A program made the translations under genes and the position numbers. The notes beneath the pieces are model-generated. The model worked only from the letters and a program-made list of their open reading frames with translations. It did no database searches and was not told the origin of the DNA. Below, piece by piece: positions 14,961 to 28,629 of a stretch of DNA of 64,000 nucleotides. Each line of letters opens with the position of its first letter. Positions within the stretch are counted from its first letter, which is position 1. The stretch is from Octopus vulgaris. Taxonomy: Eukaryota. The stretch lies in assembly GCA_951406725.2 (NCBI GenBank), contig OX597815.1, positions 78,802,001-78,866,000 of the forward strand, read 5' to 3'.

Positions 14961-16813
14961 AACACCACCACCATCACCTCCGCCTTTATCACAAATACAG
15001 CTTATACTATTACTATCACCCAATTACCATCACAACCGTCAATCTATTACTGCCCTTGAATAGCGAGAGAGGGGGTCAAAGTGTGACACACTGATACACA
15101 GAAATTCGTTTTGACATTTATTATTATTATTATATATATATTGTAATAAATAAGCGTGGGTGCCTGTGGATGCGACATCATTCACAGTGCGTAAATGAAA
15201 TAAAACATTTTATGTTTTTCTTTCACTTCCGACATTTTTTTTTTCATTTCTTTCACATATTACATTTCAACTTTCTACATGCTAAAATAAGATTTAAGGG
15301 GTACCCTCGCTTTTACGGTTAGGTCTTTTAATGCGATCTTCTATATTTATATATCTCCATAGGAGCGGGGGTTTCAATACATCTTTTTTTTTTAGAAATT
15401 TAGGCAATTTTTTTTTTTTTTAAAGAAAATTACTCTCTCTAATTGATTTTTACTGCGAACACGCCCAGCAATCTAAAGTATCGTACTAATTGGCATGCTG
15501 TTAAAGTATTCGTGAAGCTAAAATTCTAAATTGAAAATAACGGTAGTAATAATAACCCAAATTAAATAATAATAATAGAACCCTAGCTAATAGAGGACTA
15601 ACCAACAAAGGCATAGTCATAAAAAATGCCATATATATATATATATAACTGAAATAACCAACTTGAAATTAAGGGCCGCAAAAGCGACAATACTCAATTT
15701 AACGTACATACAACATACCTATTTGTAGATATCTGTTTGTAGGTGTGTCAACGATCACAATGCAAAAACAAACGGTATATGTGTTTATGTCCTGTAACTT
15801 AGCGGTGGGACAAATAAGATCGCTAAGTACCAAACCTAAAAGATAAGTACTAGGGTCGATTTAATCTACTAAAACCTTTGGAAGCAATGCCCTTGTGCAA
15901 ACCTAGTCCGACGAATAAAAGCAAATAGAAACATGTGTGTGTGTGTGTGTGTGTTACCCACTCAAAGTGGATAGAGTCTGTAGCTAACAACTGAGTTACC
16001 AGAAGGAAGATTACCCATGGATTAAAATATTTACCAAATGTATAAAAAAAAATTAAATAATAGTAGCGCAATCATGTACATGAATGAATGAAATGAAGTC
16101 GTAAATTCGGATGGAACGCGGAAATTCTTTTAAAATATATATATCTGTCCATCATTCTCTCTTCATTTCATGTCAAATGTCTACAATTGTTTGAACCAGA
16201 ATAGTAAGCGTTTTTTATGTGTGTGTGCGTTTTTTCTGGGTTTTTTTCTTGTATATTCCACAAGTCACACTGTTTGAAGTTGTTTTACAAACTTAATATT
16301 CCGCCCCACCCCCCTAAAACTCAGTGGATTGCTGTGATTTAATGATTCTCCCCCGCATCAGTTGTTTCTACATTGATACCGACTCTCCAAGAAAAGGACT
16401 GCCATGACCATGGCATTCCATACCGACCATCCAAATAATCTGATTATGGTATCAAGGTGATAAATATCGCAATAACGAAGTGCATGACGGCATCTTATCC
16501 AGGTCGTTCGTCCAGTTAAAAGCAGTAGCTGAATATGTGAAATCACACCCTACTAGCTTTCTTTTTGAAGACATTAAATAACATAGACCCAGATACACTA
16601 AGCCTGTAAAAAGGACGGGATGGTCATAACCGGAACACCTTTAAGCATAGTTTTGTTTGAACAGACGCTAACCTGGGGCTAAACAACAACCAGAATATAC
16701 AGCGAGTTTATTTATTGTGTAAATATATATGTATATATACACACTGAATACAAGTGTCAAATTGCTCGGACGGAAACGTATGATCATACACTTTACTGGA
16801 CAACATAACACGC

Positions 16814-16852
<39 letters not shown>

Positions 16853-17152
16853 CTCTCCCTTAGACACAGCAGAATACATATATAGGTATAGGCAATCAAT
16901 ATTTTATGTATATATATGACTCCCTAGACACAACAGAATATGTATATATATATAATACACAAACAATACAGTTATATGTGTGTATGCAGACATTATTCAA
17001 CAAGTTGGGTGATTTTTGTTGAAAAACCGAAAAAAAAAAACCATGAACATATGTGAACTGTGAAAATAAAACTAAAATTTAAAATATAAAATAAAACTAT
17101 ACAAAAATGAAAACGAATGGTGAAATGACTAAATTTATAAATAATGAATTAC

Positions 17153-17430
17153 CGGATAATCTTTGAGTAGGCAGGTTTCAAATAAATATTTTCTTTTATA
17201 TTACAAATATATAAATTATATATAAAACCAAAGCAAGAGATTCACTTTTCTCCTTGCAGTAAAACTGTACTTGTATTATTGAGAGCAGCAGCCTTCAGAT
17301 AGGCGAGTGGGTCGAATTATAAACAGTTAGCCAGATGTTGAAATTTTGTTTATTCATTCATAAATAGTAGCAGCACTAGGAGCCGAACGAACCTGTTTAT
17401 CGTAAACAACAACAGCCGCAACCCACATAT
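17153..17430. promoter_or_regulatory. Candidate promoter / first exon of a host gene extending leftward
   Basis: Unique CpG-containing island next to the CpG-depleted domain; minus-strand donor CCG|GTAATT at 17153/17152; forkhead-like palindrome TGTTTATCGTAAACA near 17394-17408. A plus-strand acceptor at 17259 makes the orientation uncertain. Confidence 0.3.
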
Positions 17431-18385
17431 ATATACACATATATGTGATTGTTCAACGATAATATCTTTTAATACGTCAAACAATGAGACGGTCTACGTA
17501 ATGTGAGGTTATTGTACTGTGAATATTGGATAAACAAAATGATAACAAAACAAAAATATACATGAAAATGTTATTGTGGTTGAGCTCAGGTCAATAATAA
17601 CTGCATAAACCTAAAATTAAATGTATTCTAGCTATGCCTATCCTTTGTTATTGAAAGTCATACTATAATATAGTGTGTTCTTTTTATTAAGAGGGTATTG
17701 TTTTGAAAGTGATTCCGTTGCTATTTCTAGCCGGTCGGGCAACCACTAGTTTCCCTCGATTTATAAATGAAACGTATACTTCCGTGTCCCATAGTTGAAA
17801 TATTCATGAGGCAAGTGCTTAGCCGTTTTACCCGCTAAACTGTACTTTATCAGTTAAGAATTCCGGGAACCAGAATCAATATTTTAATTTAGAAACAAAA
17901 AACAAACTAAGATAATAATTGTATATTATACCATATTGCATTGTGTTATATTATTGTCATATATGTACATATACGTAATCCAGGGTTTGGTATTACGTGT
18001 AGATAGACTTGTGTATAGAAGGTCACATATAGAGAAGGGTCACAAACCACCGAGAAGACCTCCATGTGGTCGCTTAAACGGCTAAAAATAGCAGCCCACT
18101 CGCTCTTAAATTGCGGTACTATGTTGTCCGAGATATCTCGCGACTGTAATACTTTTGGTCATAGGTCTGCTCAGTCAGGGTTGATCTAGAATTAAACAAC
18201 AAACAGCAGAGCGGTTTGTAGATATAAGCTCATTATTTTATATATCGAACTAACTGCTTTAAAGTTCGTCGCCAACGTTCAAATCACTTGAATGACAAAA
18301 TGCGTTTTATATTTAAAAAATACCAGTGCAGTGTTAGAATCGATTAATCTATATTTCCTCAGCACAAAACATTAGTTAAGAAATC

Positions 18386-18399
18386 CATTATTATTATCA

Positions 18400-18482
<83 letters not shown>
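18386..18482. repeat. (ATT)n microsatellite
   Basis: Seen directly. Confidence 0.98.
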
Positions 18483-18483
<1 letters not shown>

Positions 18484-19012
18484 CTACATTAAGTGGGAAT
18501 GCAAGTTTCCTGAGATCTGAGATTTAGCAACACAAGTTTCATTTTTATCAAGAAGTTATTTTACTTCTGTCATAGAGACAGATTTTGATATTGATCTTGG
18601 CCTGTAAGGCCGAGAAACAGAATGAATAGCAAAGTGCAGTTAATCATTCTTGTTATTTGCTAAGTCATTCATTCTAGTGAATTTTCAAATCCGTTAACTG
18701 ATTCAATGTCTTTTTTTGTTGTTTTTGAAAAAAATTTCTGAGAAGTTGTCAATCTTTGAAGATGCTTGTTTGTTTCTCTAGTTTTACTAGAATACCCGGC
18801 GTTGCCAGGAAAATAATGTCCATAAGGGACCAATTTAACCTGTGGAATGAGAATCATCGTACTTCTGAATAAATGTAAATGGGTATATTATTTGTTACAT
18901 ATATACACGTTACTTTTTAAACTTCTTAAAACATTACGCTTTAATAACCCAAGGAAATAAACTGCCATTCCAGCCGTGACACATATATATGTATATACAC
19001 ACACCCTCACTA

Positions 19013-19237
19013 CAGTAATCCCCTAACTATCGAGTATTATGTTCCAAAACCTGTCACAGAAATAATTAAAATTAAAAAAAATATAAATACCTATCGGCCG
19101 CAGAAATTCGGATATACTGAGGAGTCCGCGATATAAATTTACATATATTAGCCAGAAAAATCCGCGATGTAATGAGTGCGCGATAGGTGAACCGCGATGT
19201 ACTGAGTGCGCGATAGGTGAACCGCAAGGGATTACTA
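19013..19237. mobile_element. Tigger/pogo-type MITE with an internal 30-bp tandem duplication
   Basis: TA|CAGTAATCCC...GGGATTACTA|TA; the unit CCGCGATGTA.TGAGTGCGCGATAGGTGAA occurs twice. Confidence 0.6.
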
Positions 19238-19384
19238 TATATCTTTCTATATACGATACACGGCTCAGTTGTGCAAGAAGCATTATCTACCCCTACGTAC
19301 CTTTTTAATTACGTACCTTCTTAATTTTTATTTAATTTCCAACACTTCTTAGTCCTGCAAACCTAAAGCGTTAGAAAATAGAGA

Positions 19385-20030
19385 TAAGTAGTCTTTGCAA
19401 ATACGAAAGGTTGGAACGATAAGGTACACGTTCTCTAAATGCCCACAAGGTCTGGAGCGCAGATACGTAGCAGTATAACCAAGTACTTATAGTATTGGCT
19501 GATGCAGATGCAAAGAGGGTAAAGCGAACTAACAACGGTGAAGGGCTACAAGTAGTGGAGCGTAGAAAGCTCGAGTTTTGTAGGGTGAATGAACGTTGCA
19601 AGCTAACAACTATAAGGAAGAAGAATGATCCAAAATGGGAGGGTATCTGGGAGATCTCTGTTGACCTTGATGGTAAATATCACTTCTCACTTTTTGCCAC
19701 TACAAGACCCGACCTTGTCATGTGGTGCAAAAAGAAATGTGGGCGGTGGTAAAATGGTAGGGCTGACATTTCCTGGGAATTGTGCATTGAAGATGCTTTC
19801 TCAACAAATACAAAATACAGTGAATTGGCTGAACTCCGTGAAAACAACGAACGGGAGGCAGTGTCTTCTTGTAATGATGGGCATTAGAGAATTTTTTAAA
19901 AAATTAGGATTCACTCGATGCTCAAGACATTTGGACTAGGTGCAAAGGAGAGAAAAGATGTTTACAGAAAATTGTCAGGAGCCGCTGAGAAAGAAAGCCA
20001 TCACATTTGGCTCAAGCGACAGTACTAGTG
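19385..20030 (+). mobile_element. Hero-clade non-LTR retrotransposon 3' remnant (CCHC knuckle and restriction-like endonuclease)
   Basis: Degenerate GTIRYTFSKCPQGLERRY..YNQVL, WEISVDL, TTRPDLVMW, LTFP.E, TKYSEL and CQEAAEKESHHIWLKR. Confidence 0.7.
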
Positions 20031-20959
20031 GTATAGCAAGAACGAGCGTTGAGGATGATAGAAACATATGGTTCAGAGTTGCAGCATCTGACTCAACCAA
20101 GTTCGTGCTGTTGTGTGGGAGGTTTGTTGGCTACATCGGTGAATCCGGGCAATTCTGGTGTCGCGATGGAAGGGGCCGAACATTCACAGAACTGCTTCAC
20201 CGCTTGGTAAAACGTATACTCTTGCATTTGGCGACGGAGTATAGCAGTACTCCCAGCACATGTTTTTAACCTAAATGCAAACAACTTTAGTTATTCTATT
20301 GAATCCGTTAACTGATTCAATTTTTTAAAACAATTTTTGAGAAAAGTGTTCTTGATAAATACGAAGTATTTCGGAGACAATTCACTCGGGTATTTTGGTC
20401 AGCTACTTTGATAAAAAAAAAAAAATGTCAATCTTTGAAGACGCTTGTTTATTTCTCCAGTTTCTACTGGAATACCAAGCGTTGCACGGGAAGTACTGTT
20501 ACCATGGTAAATTTTCTGGTAACTATTAATAATTAAAAAAAAATTGAACTACATATAGCACTGCGGCGAACAAATTGAACTTAAAAAATAAGCTTTTGAC
20601 TTGGTGCATAAAATGAAAATGTGAATCGAACAATTAGATGACAAAGAAATTATTAACGGTGAAAGCGCTCACTTGTGAATATAAAATCCGATGGCTTTAT
20701 TGTTCCCGCATCTCATTCATGATGACCACCAAAATGTGAAACATTTTTGCTCTTGCGATTCGCATGCCTGCTTCTGGGTTCAGGCGATACCATCATTTTA
20801 TCTTGATTGACGAAAGAGAACTGAATCTAGATTCACACAAGTATGCCACCGCAAATGGAATAAAGACAATTATAATCTAAGGGTTTAATCTGTATTTGTA
20901 GAATATTAAAGTTCTTTGTGGGTTTACGAGAACAAAGTTGTTTTCAATAGTTATTAAAT

Positions 20960-21720
20960 ACTTTTATATTGAAAAGCGATTTTAAAAAGTAAATATCTTC
21001 TCTTTGTAATACCATCTTGCATCACTGGATGGGAATGTCTGATGTAAATAAAAGCAACTTACATCAACTTTATGCACATTGAAAAGCTTATGAGATTTAT
21101 GTGTGCATTCATGTGCATTGTCTAAGAAATTTCTCGTAAATTTCATGGAGAGACATCTAGATTGCACCAGGTTATTTTCTCTGTTTCTCGAAATGTGGGA
21201 ATTCTCCAAGCACATTAATTCCATAGTAAAGCCATTCCTCGGTAACACCTCATTGTAACGGAGATATCAAAGATATCTCTGAGAATAGAGTGGAGACTCT
21301 TCTGCTGATGTCGGTTACAAAATCTTGATTATAACAACAGTGGAATTTCTATGAATATATAAGGTCATCTTGGGCTTTCTCTTGGAATAATATTTAATAG
21401 TATTTGCCTGTTCTTAAAGTTTACAGTACTGCCTAAGAAGTTGACTGTGACTGCGCTAGTAGAGATAGTTATATATAAATCAAACTCTTTCAAGATTGCT
21501 ATTATTTCTTCCTAAATCCATTTTCCATGAAATTGCCTGGCTGTCATCTCTGTACAAGCCTGAGATGTAGGAAGTTGTACACTCTTGGGGTGCCTAGGAT
21601 AAATAATCGAAAAAGATCTGTCACACAGTCCCATCGCAACTCCCATAGATATGTTATAAAACAGATCACTTTTCTTTTTGATCGTTAACTTTTTTTATGT
21701 AAACTACCTGTATGTCATAA
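20960..21720 (-). mobile_element. Degenerate Penelope-like RT remnant
   Basis: Minus strand gives MGSCDG-like, GLYRDDS (about 21540-21560) and HKLFNVHKVDVS motifs matching the 27.5-28.6 kb element. Confidence 0.6.
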
Positions 21721-21790
21721 AACTTTATTCAGTTATTCCTACAAATAACTAAACCCCTTCCAAACTCAAAACCTCACCCAACCAACACAT

Positions 21791-21827
<37 letters not shown>

Positions 21828-22020
21828 GGTATGGTGATGCAAGCAGGAAAAATAGAACTCAAAATATTAGTATATGTATTTTTTATTAATATTTAGCAGA
21901 AGCAACAGTGGCTCATGGTCCGAGAGTTTCGTGCGTTGGCACTTATCAGAAGTGCCAACGCACGCACGAAACTCTTGGGTCTTGTGTCACTCTGTTCTTT
22001 CAGATATGTGTGTGTGTGTA

Positions 22021-22835
22021 TTAGATCATTTTGGGTAAGGTATGGTGGAGCAACTCAGTTTTCGGAGTGTTAATCTTGAGACCGAACATATCTGCTGCAC
22101 AAGAAAACTGGTCCATAACGTGTTGCATGTCCTCAATGTAGCAGGTCACGAGAGCTGAGTCGTCTGCGTAGAGCAGCTTCCTGACACACATTTCCTTGAT
22201 TTTGGTGAAGGCACGAAGACGGGACAAGATGAAGGGTTTCCCATCTGTTCTAGTGCAGATGAACCCTCCAGAGTGCGCATTGACCCTCATAGTATTAAGC
22301 ATGCTTCATACTATGGTTGGCTGCAAATGGTTCACTAAATACTTCGCTAACAGAGACTACCCCTTTCATTCCTGTGTGGAAATACTAGATGGCGTTAACA
22401 AGCTTCTAAGGGCATCCATAAGTCTTTAGCAGTTTGCAAAGAGTTTTTTTCGCTAAACCGTGTCGAATAGCTCGGAAAAACCACAAAACACCACGAAGAG
22501 AGGTTTGTGTTGAAGTTCTGGGATACACACTCAGAAAGACATTGCTGGTTTTGACCATTCTTTAGCAAGTCCGAGGGAATACTATTCAGACTTCGCAACT
22601 TGCCGTGGCCTTCAAAGACTCCTCCAGCTCCTGAATGGTGCTGTTCTAACCATTTGCAGACATCTAGTTGGACAGACCCTTGCTGATTGAACAGATTACA
22701 GAAATGTTCCTTCCTGCTAGCTCTGATCATGGTCGGAATGCAGTTTGTTACCGTCTACTGATTTAATTGGTGCCTCTGCATTGCTCCTTAGGTCATAGAT
22801 GGCTTTCAGACCCATAAACAGCCCGTAGTAGCTGT
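22021..22835 (-). mobile_element. RTE (BovB-like) LINE RT remnant
   Basis: RTDGKPFILSRLRAFTKI...LLYADDSAL...DMQ..MDQFSCAADMFGLKINTPKTE, with KEHFCNLFN upstream. Confidence 0.85.
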
Positions 22836-23151
22836 TTCATCATATGTGTTTATGGATCATTCAGTCTGCTGTAATGAATCCATTAACACATATAAAATAT
22901 CCAAGGGTATATTTTTTTCTCTGAAGATATTATGCTCAGGACATGAATTTTATATTTAATTAGATTCACTGAGTATTAAGTGAAACGGCTGTAATGGAGG
23001 ATGATTGATTTGTTGTTAATAATAAATAATTTTTAAATTCCCAATCTCCATTTTCTTCTTTTATATGAACATAAACTATATGTTTTTATATATATATGAA
23101 GGGTCGGATTAAGACCTATAGAGGCCCTAAGCACTCAAAAGACTTTGATGC

Positions 23152-23215
<64 letters not shown>

Positions 23216-23491
23216 AAAGTTTACGAAAAAAAACACAACAAAAGACGAAGACAGGTGGTGTACAAAACAAACAGATGTATTAGTATAGCGCTCAGGAATA
23301 GAAAAAGTCTTTTACGTTTCGAGCCTACGCTCTTCTACAGAAAGGTACACAGAAAAAACAAGGAGAGAAAAAAATGTGTGTAGTGGCTAACGATATATCA
23401 TGGCGTCATATATATATGTATACATACATATATATATATACATATATATATATACATATATATGTATATATATATACATATATATATATGT

Positions 23492-23528
<37 letters not shown>

Positions 23529-23577
23529 TATATACATACATATATATGTATATATATATATATACATATATATATGT

Positions 23578-23620
<43 letters not shown>

Positions 23621-23702
23621 CATATATATATACATACATATATATGTATATATATATACATATATATATATATGTATACATATATATATATGTATACATA
23701 TA

Positions 23703-23770
<68 letters not shown>

Positions 23771-23771
<1 letters not shown>

Positions 23772-24302
23772 TAGCAGTATCGCCCGGCGTTGCTCGGGTT
23801 TGTAAGGGAAATAACTATATAAGCATTTTTAGAGAGTTATAGCCAAAAGTAGCCAAAAATGCATTAAAATGGAAAAAAAACGATGGTAATTTTTTTTTAA
23901 ATCGTAGACTCATGTAGACGCTTTCTTAGCCATTTCTGTTTTGGTGTCTTCAAGCCATGAAGTCGTTGTTCTAAAAGAACGCTGGTCTCCTTGACAACGC
24001 ATTACGACGTTGATTTCCTTACACTCCCTTCCCCACAGGTGCAGGTGTGAGCGTGGACGCCAACTCCGCCGCCATCGACACACGAAAAATTATGCATTAA
24101 AATGGAATAAAAAATGATGTTAAATTATTTTAAAAATCGTAGACTCATCGTAGACGCGCGCTAATACTCAGACGGGCTCGATATGAATCACGACTATAAG
24201 CTACCCGAATTTGGTTAAACTGCACCGCAAAATGTGGGAGTAGTTAGGAATCTAAATCGAAGGGGACAGACACTCACACAACTACAGTTTTATATATATA
24301 GA
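23771..24302 (-). mobile_element. Non-autonomous Helitron (same family, longer variant)
   Basis: Reverse-strand copy with the same termini and an extra internal segment at about 23920-24090. Confidence 0.85.
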
Positions 24303-24329
24303 TATACATAGCGCAGTAGTGGTGAGATG

Positions 24330-24917
24330 TGACAGCAAAGAAAAGCATGCATTCACTCTCTGCATGCAATTAGACTCGGAAAGTTCGTGAGGAACCCATT
24401 GACCCAATTTGCTGACTTTTCCGATAGCACACAGGTCTCAATGAATGGTTGAATGACCAAATCCAAGCTTCTCTGCTAGTTCCTCAACAGTTACGATGAG
24501 ATTTTGTTCCACCAGGGTTTTCAGGATGTCCTTGTCGAGTTCTACAGATCTTTCAGGATGAGGCTCGTCTTCTAGGCTGTAGTTTATGGCTCGGAATTTC
24601 TGGAACCACCATTGACACTGCCTTACGCTTATTGTCCAATCCCCATATACTGCATTAATATTTCTTGTACTTTCCGTTGCGTTGTTGTCTTTATTGAACT
24701 CATAAAGCAAAATATGCCAAATATGCTCCTTTGTTACTTCCAATATAGCTTTGAAAAAAATAGCTGTTAAAATCGAAATGCACTCTTCAAAACTTGCACT
24801 ATGAATAAGGACAAGATAAAATTACTACCTGCTTTTATAGCAAGTTAATAATATAAGTGGTTTATCCCATTCCCCTCTGACTTTTAGTTCAAGCTGTTGA
24901 AAAAACCGCATTATTAT
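24330..24917 (-). mobile_element. Mariner transposon 5' fragment (HTH region)
   Basis: ORF 24438-24743: HILLYEFNK..NATESTRNINAVYG...QWWFQKFR..NYSLEDEPHPER...LAEKLG, a Mos1-type HTH. Confidence 0.85.
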
Positions 24918-25270
24918 ACATATATACATACATACATACATACATACATATACACACACACTCTCTCTCTCACACACATGCACACATTTATATTCTGTTA
25001 TTCTTTTATATGTTTCAGCCTTGAGGTTGTGGCCATGCTGGATCATGTGTGTGTGTGTGTGTGTCTATCTGTCTGTCTGTCTGTATGTATATATGTATAT
25101 GTATGTGTGTGAACAATAATATTTTCAACAGATGTGTTGCAAATGTATCTGATTGTTCTCAAGCTTCAATACTGTGTGTGTATGTATGTGTGTGTGTGTG
25201 TATGTATGTATATGTATGTATGTATGTATATGTATGTATGTATGTATGTGTGTATGTGTGTGTATGTATG

Positions 25271-25309
<39 letters not shown>

Positions 25310-25408
25310 ATGTATGTATGTATGTATGTATGTATGTATGTATGTATGTATGTATGAGTGTATGTTTACTTTATTACTAACACAAGCCACTACGGTTATT
25401 TAATGTAA

Positions 25409-26105
25409 AGTCCTCATCAAATCACTCTCTGTCGCTATTTACTCTCTTCCAAGAACATTTTCACTCACTCTTATGTGTTAGCTTCCCATACATTTTACTC
25501 ATGTATCTATCAGCGTGATAGAGAGAAACAAATATTACATCTAGTTTCACTTTATTCGTTGCCCACTGTGTGTGTGCGTTTGTGTGGTGTAAACCAGACT
25601 AAGAAAAGCATTTGACACACACACCAGAATGTGAGTTTTCTGTAAATTTTGCTTAATTGGAGTTTAAATTGTAAAAACTGGACCTGGCATGACGCGATGC
25701 ATTGTACTCTTAAAAATGCTAGGTAAATTGTAATTGAAGAAATCCTATATTGTAGATTTGTATAACTCCCAAAGGGAGGCAGATAAAATCTGCCTTTTAA
25801 AATAAGAGATATCTCTTATTATATCTCAGATTTTATCTGCCTCCCTTTGGGAGTTATACAAATCTACAATATAGGATTTCTTCAATTACAATTTACCTAG
25901 CATTTTTAAGAGTACAATGCATCGCGTCATGCCAGGTCCAGTTTTTAAAATTTAAACTCCAATTAAAATTTACAGAAAACTCACATTCTGGTGTGTGTGT
26001 CAAATGCTTTTCTTAGTCTGGTTTACACCACACGCAAACGCACACACACAGTGTGCGACGAATAAAATGAAAGTAAATAGCGACAGAGTGATTTGAGGAA
26101 GACTA
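25409..26105. repeat. Large inverted repeat (head-to-head Helitron-like 5' ends)
   Basis: About 250-bp near-perfect arms (25545-25792 and 25828-26072) around the central palindrome AATAAGAGAT|ATCTCTTATT, plus outer matching blocks. Confidence 0.9.
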
Positions 26106-26958
26106 AACTGAAAGTATTTAAACCACTACTCAAAAAATAAAAAAACACAGCAAACAGAAACAAATAAATACATAACCATTTAATCCTCACACAATTTCTT
26201 CAATTAGAATTTACCTAAGATTTTTCAGAGTACTTCAGTGGGTGATGCCATAAAAAATTTCTTTCAATTTTACCACCAATTAAGACAAAATTCGAGAAAA
26301 CTCAATATTTTAACATATCACTCCGAAAGCATTGATGTACATGTGTGCGTGCGTGAGTGTGTGTGTGTCATTCCTCACACACACGCATATACATACATAT
26401 ACAACTACATACAACTACATACAAACACGTGTGTGTTTGTTATTAGTAAAAAAGCGCCAAAACTCAACTCACTTATCATTCCAACACATTTGCAAAGACA
26501 CACGGACGGACAGAAAAGGTAAATTGGTTTTTATTTTACTCTGTATATATTTTATTATATAATATTATATATAGATATATGTATATATAATTGCAGTATG
26601 AAACAGTGTTTATGTATAAACAGACGACACTTATATATAGTTACCAAGCCGCCCGAATTTACCTATTCATATTTAAATGAGAATATCAGAGCAAATCTCT
26701 TTAGTACATTCGTGAAAACACGTATTATACTTCGTAAACACTTCAACTACAGTTTTGTACAAAAATCGAAGTGTAATTTTAATTCCGTGAATTATGGGAG
26801 ATTTTTTTCCGAAATTTGTTCCTATTGTGTTTTCAAAATTTGTAATTCTGACAAAAAATGGATACGAATTTCATTATATCAAGCAGCGAGTCAGAATTCG
26901 AAGGATTTTCTACTGAAGACCTTCATAAATCTAACTCTATGACTGAAAAAAAAAAGCA

Positions 26959-27496
<538 letters not shown>

Positions 27497-27524
27497 GTAT
27501 ACATACATATATATTTGTATATAT

Positions 27525-28625
27525 TCTCTGGGTATTTAAATGAATTTTTATGAGAATAAAATCTTGTTTTAAATGAATTTTCTGAAGCCCCTGTGTATGT
27601 CTTGTATTCCGATGAGCCTTCCACTTGCACCTTGGCTCTATAAACTACTCCTTTCACTAGACATTTCCCTTCTAACGGACAAGAGCTTTCGTTTTTTGAA
27701 ATTGCATTTCTTAATGGGCTCGGCACCATGTCTAATCTCAATTAGCTTCCTATTATGTTGGCTAATGTAAGAGGCGAAATTTCTGCAACAAGAATAGCTA
27801 ACCTTCAGGATTCTTCTATTAAATATCCTATAGAATTTATGACCCTGCTTAAAATGCTTAGAGACTAATCTCAAAAATTCCTTACCTATATTAGTCTTTA
27901 CGGCCAAAATTGAAAGCCGGGTTGAACCACAAAACTTTCCTGGTCCTAGTTCTTCGTGCAGCATTATTATCAGCATTAAGCTGGTTGAACTGGATCTTCT
28001 CAGAGAATCCATTATTCTTTAATGCGCTATCGTAATAAGGTGCAGCATTATGGAATGCTGCCTCGTCCGAAGAAATTGAAGATATTCTTCTACCTACATT
28101 GCTGACTAAGTTCCTAGGGATAACTGGTGGATGGTTCGAATCTTTGCTAATATACGATAGCTTTTCATTGGGCTTACGGAAAGGTTTAAATCTATCCGAT
28201 CTTACATTAAAATTTACGTCTAAAAAATCTACACTATTCAGGTTAGCATCTATCGTAACCCGTAAGCCCATCCTTTGAAAGAAAGCTATGAGGTCCTTCC
28301 TAAATCTATCTGATTCATGGCCGTTTAAATTATGCGTGGCTATAAGGCCGTCATCCCTATATAAACCTGCATCTATAAATGGGAATTCTATTTTTAGATT
28401 ATGGAGAATAAAGGCTCCTATGAGCATACATAACTCAGCCCCATCGGTACATCGAAAAGAGAATCCTCAGTCTTCTTAATCCAGGTGGAATCCTCGAAAA
28501 AAAGAAGCGATTTCCTCGCATGCATAATAATATCAATTTCCGAGCTATCGATGTTGACATACTGCTTGGCGAAGTCCAATGCCTTTAGGAGCAACGTCCT
28601 AGATATTGACGGGTAAAAGTCAATG
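27525..28625 (-). mobile_element. Penelope-like element (probably Naiad clade): RT C-terminal half and GIY-YIG endonuclease, frameshifted
   Basis: [80 protein letters not shown]...[16 protein letters not shown] across ORFs 27891-28427, 27638-28012 and 27319-27741. Confidence 0.88.
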
Positions 28626-28629
28626 TTTT

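Noticed and set aside
27525-28625. Selenoprotein-type Naiad (UGA read-through with SECIS)
   Set aside because: The breaks seen are frameshifts and deletions; I could not identify a conserved in-frame TGA at a Cys position or a SECIS.
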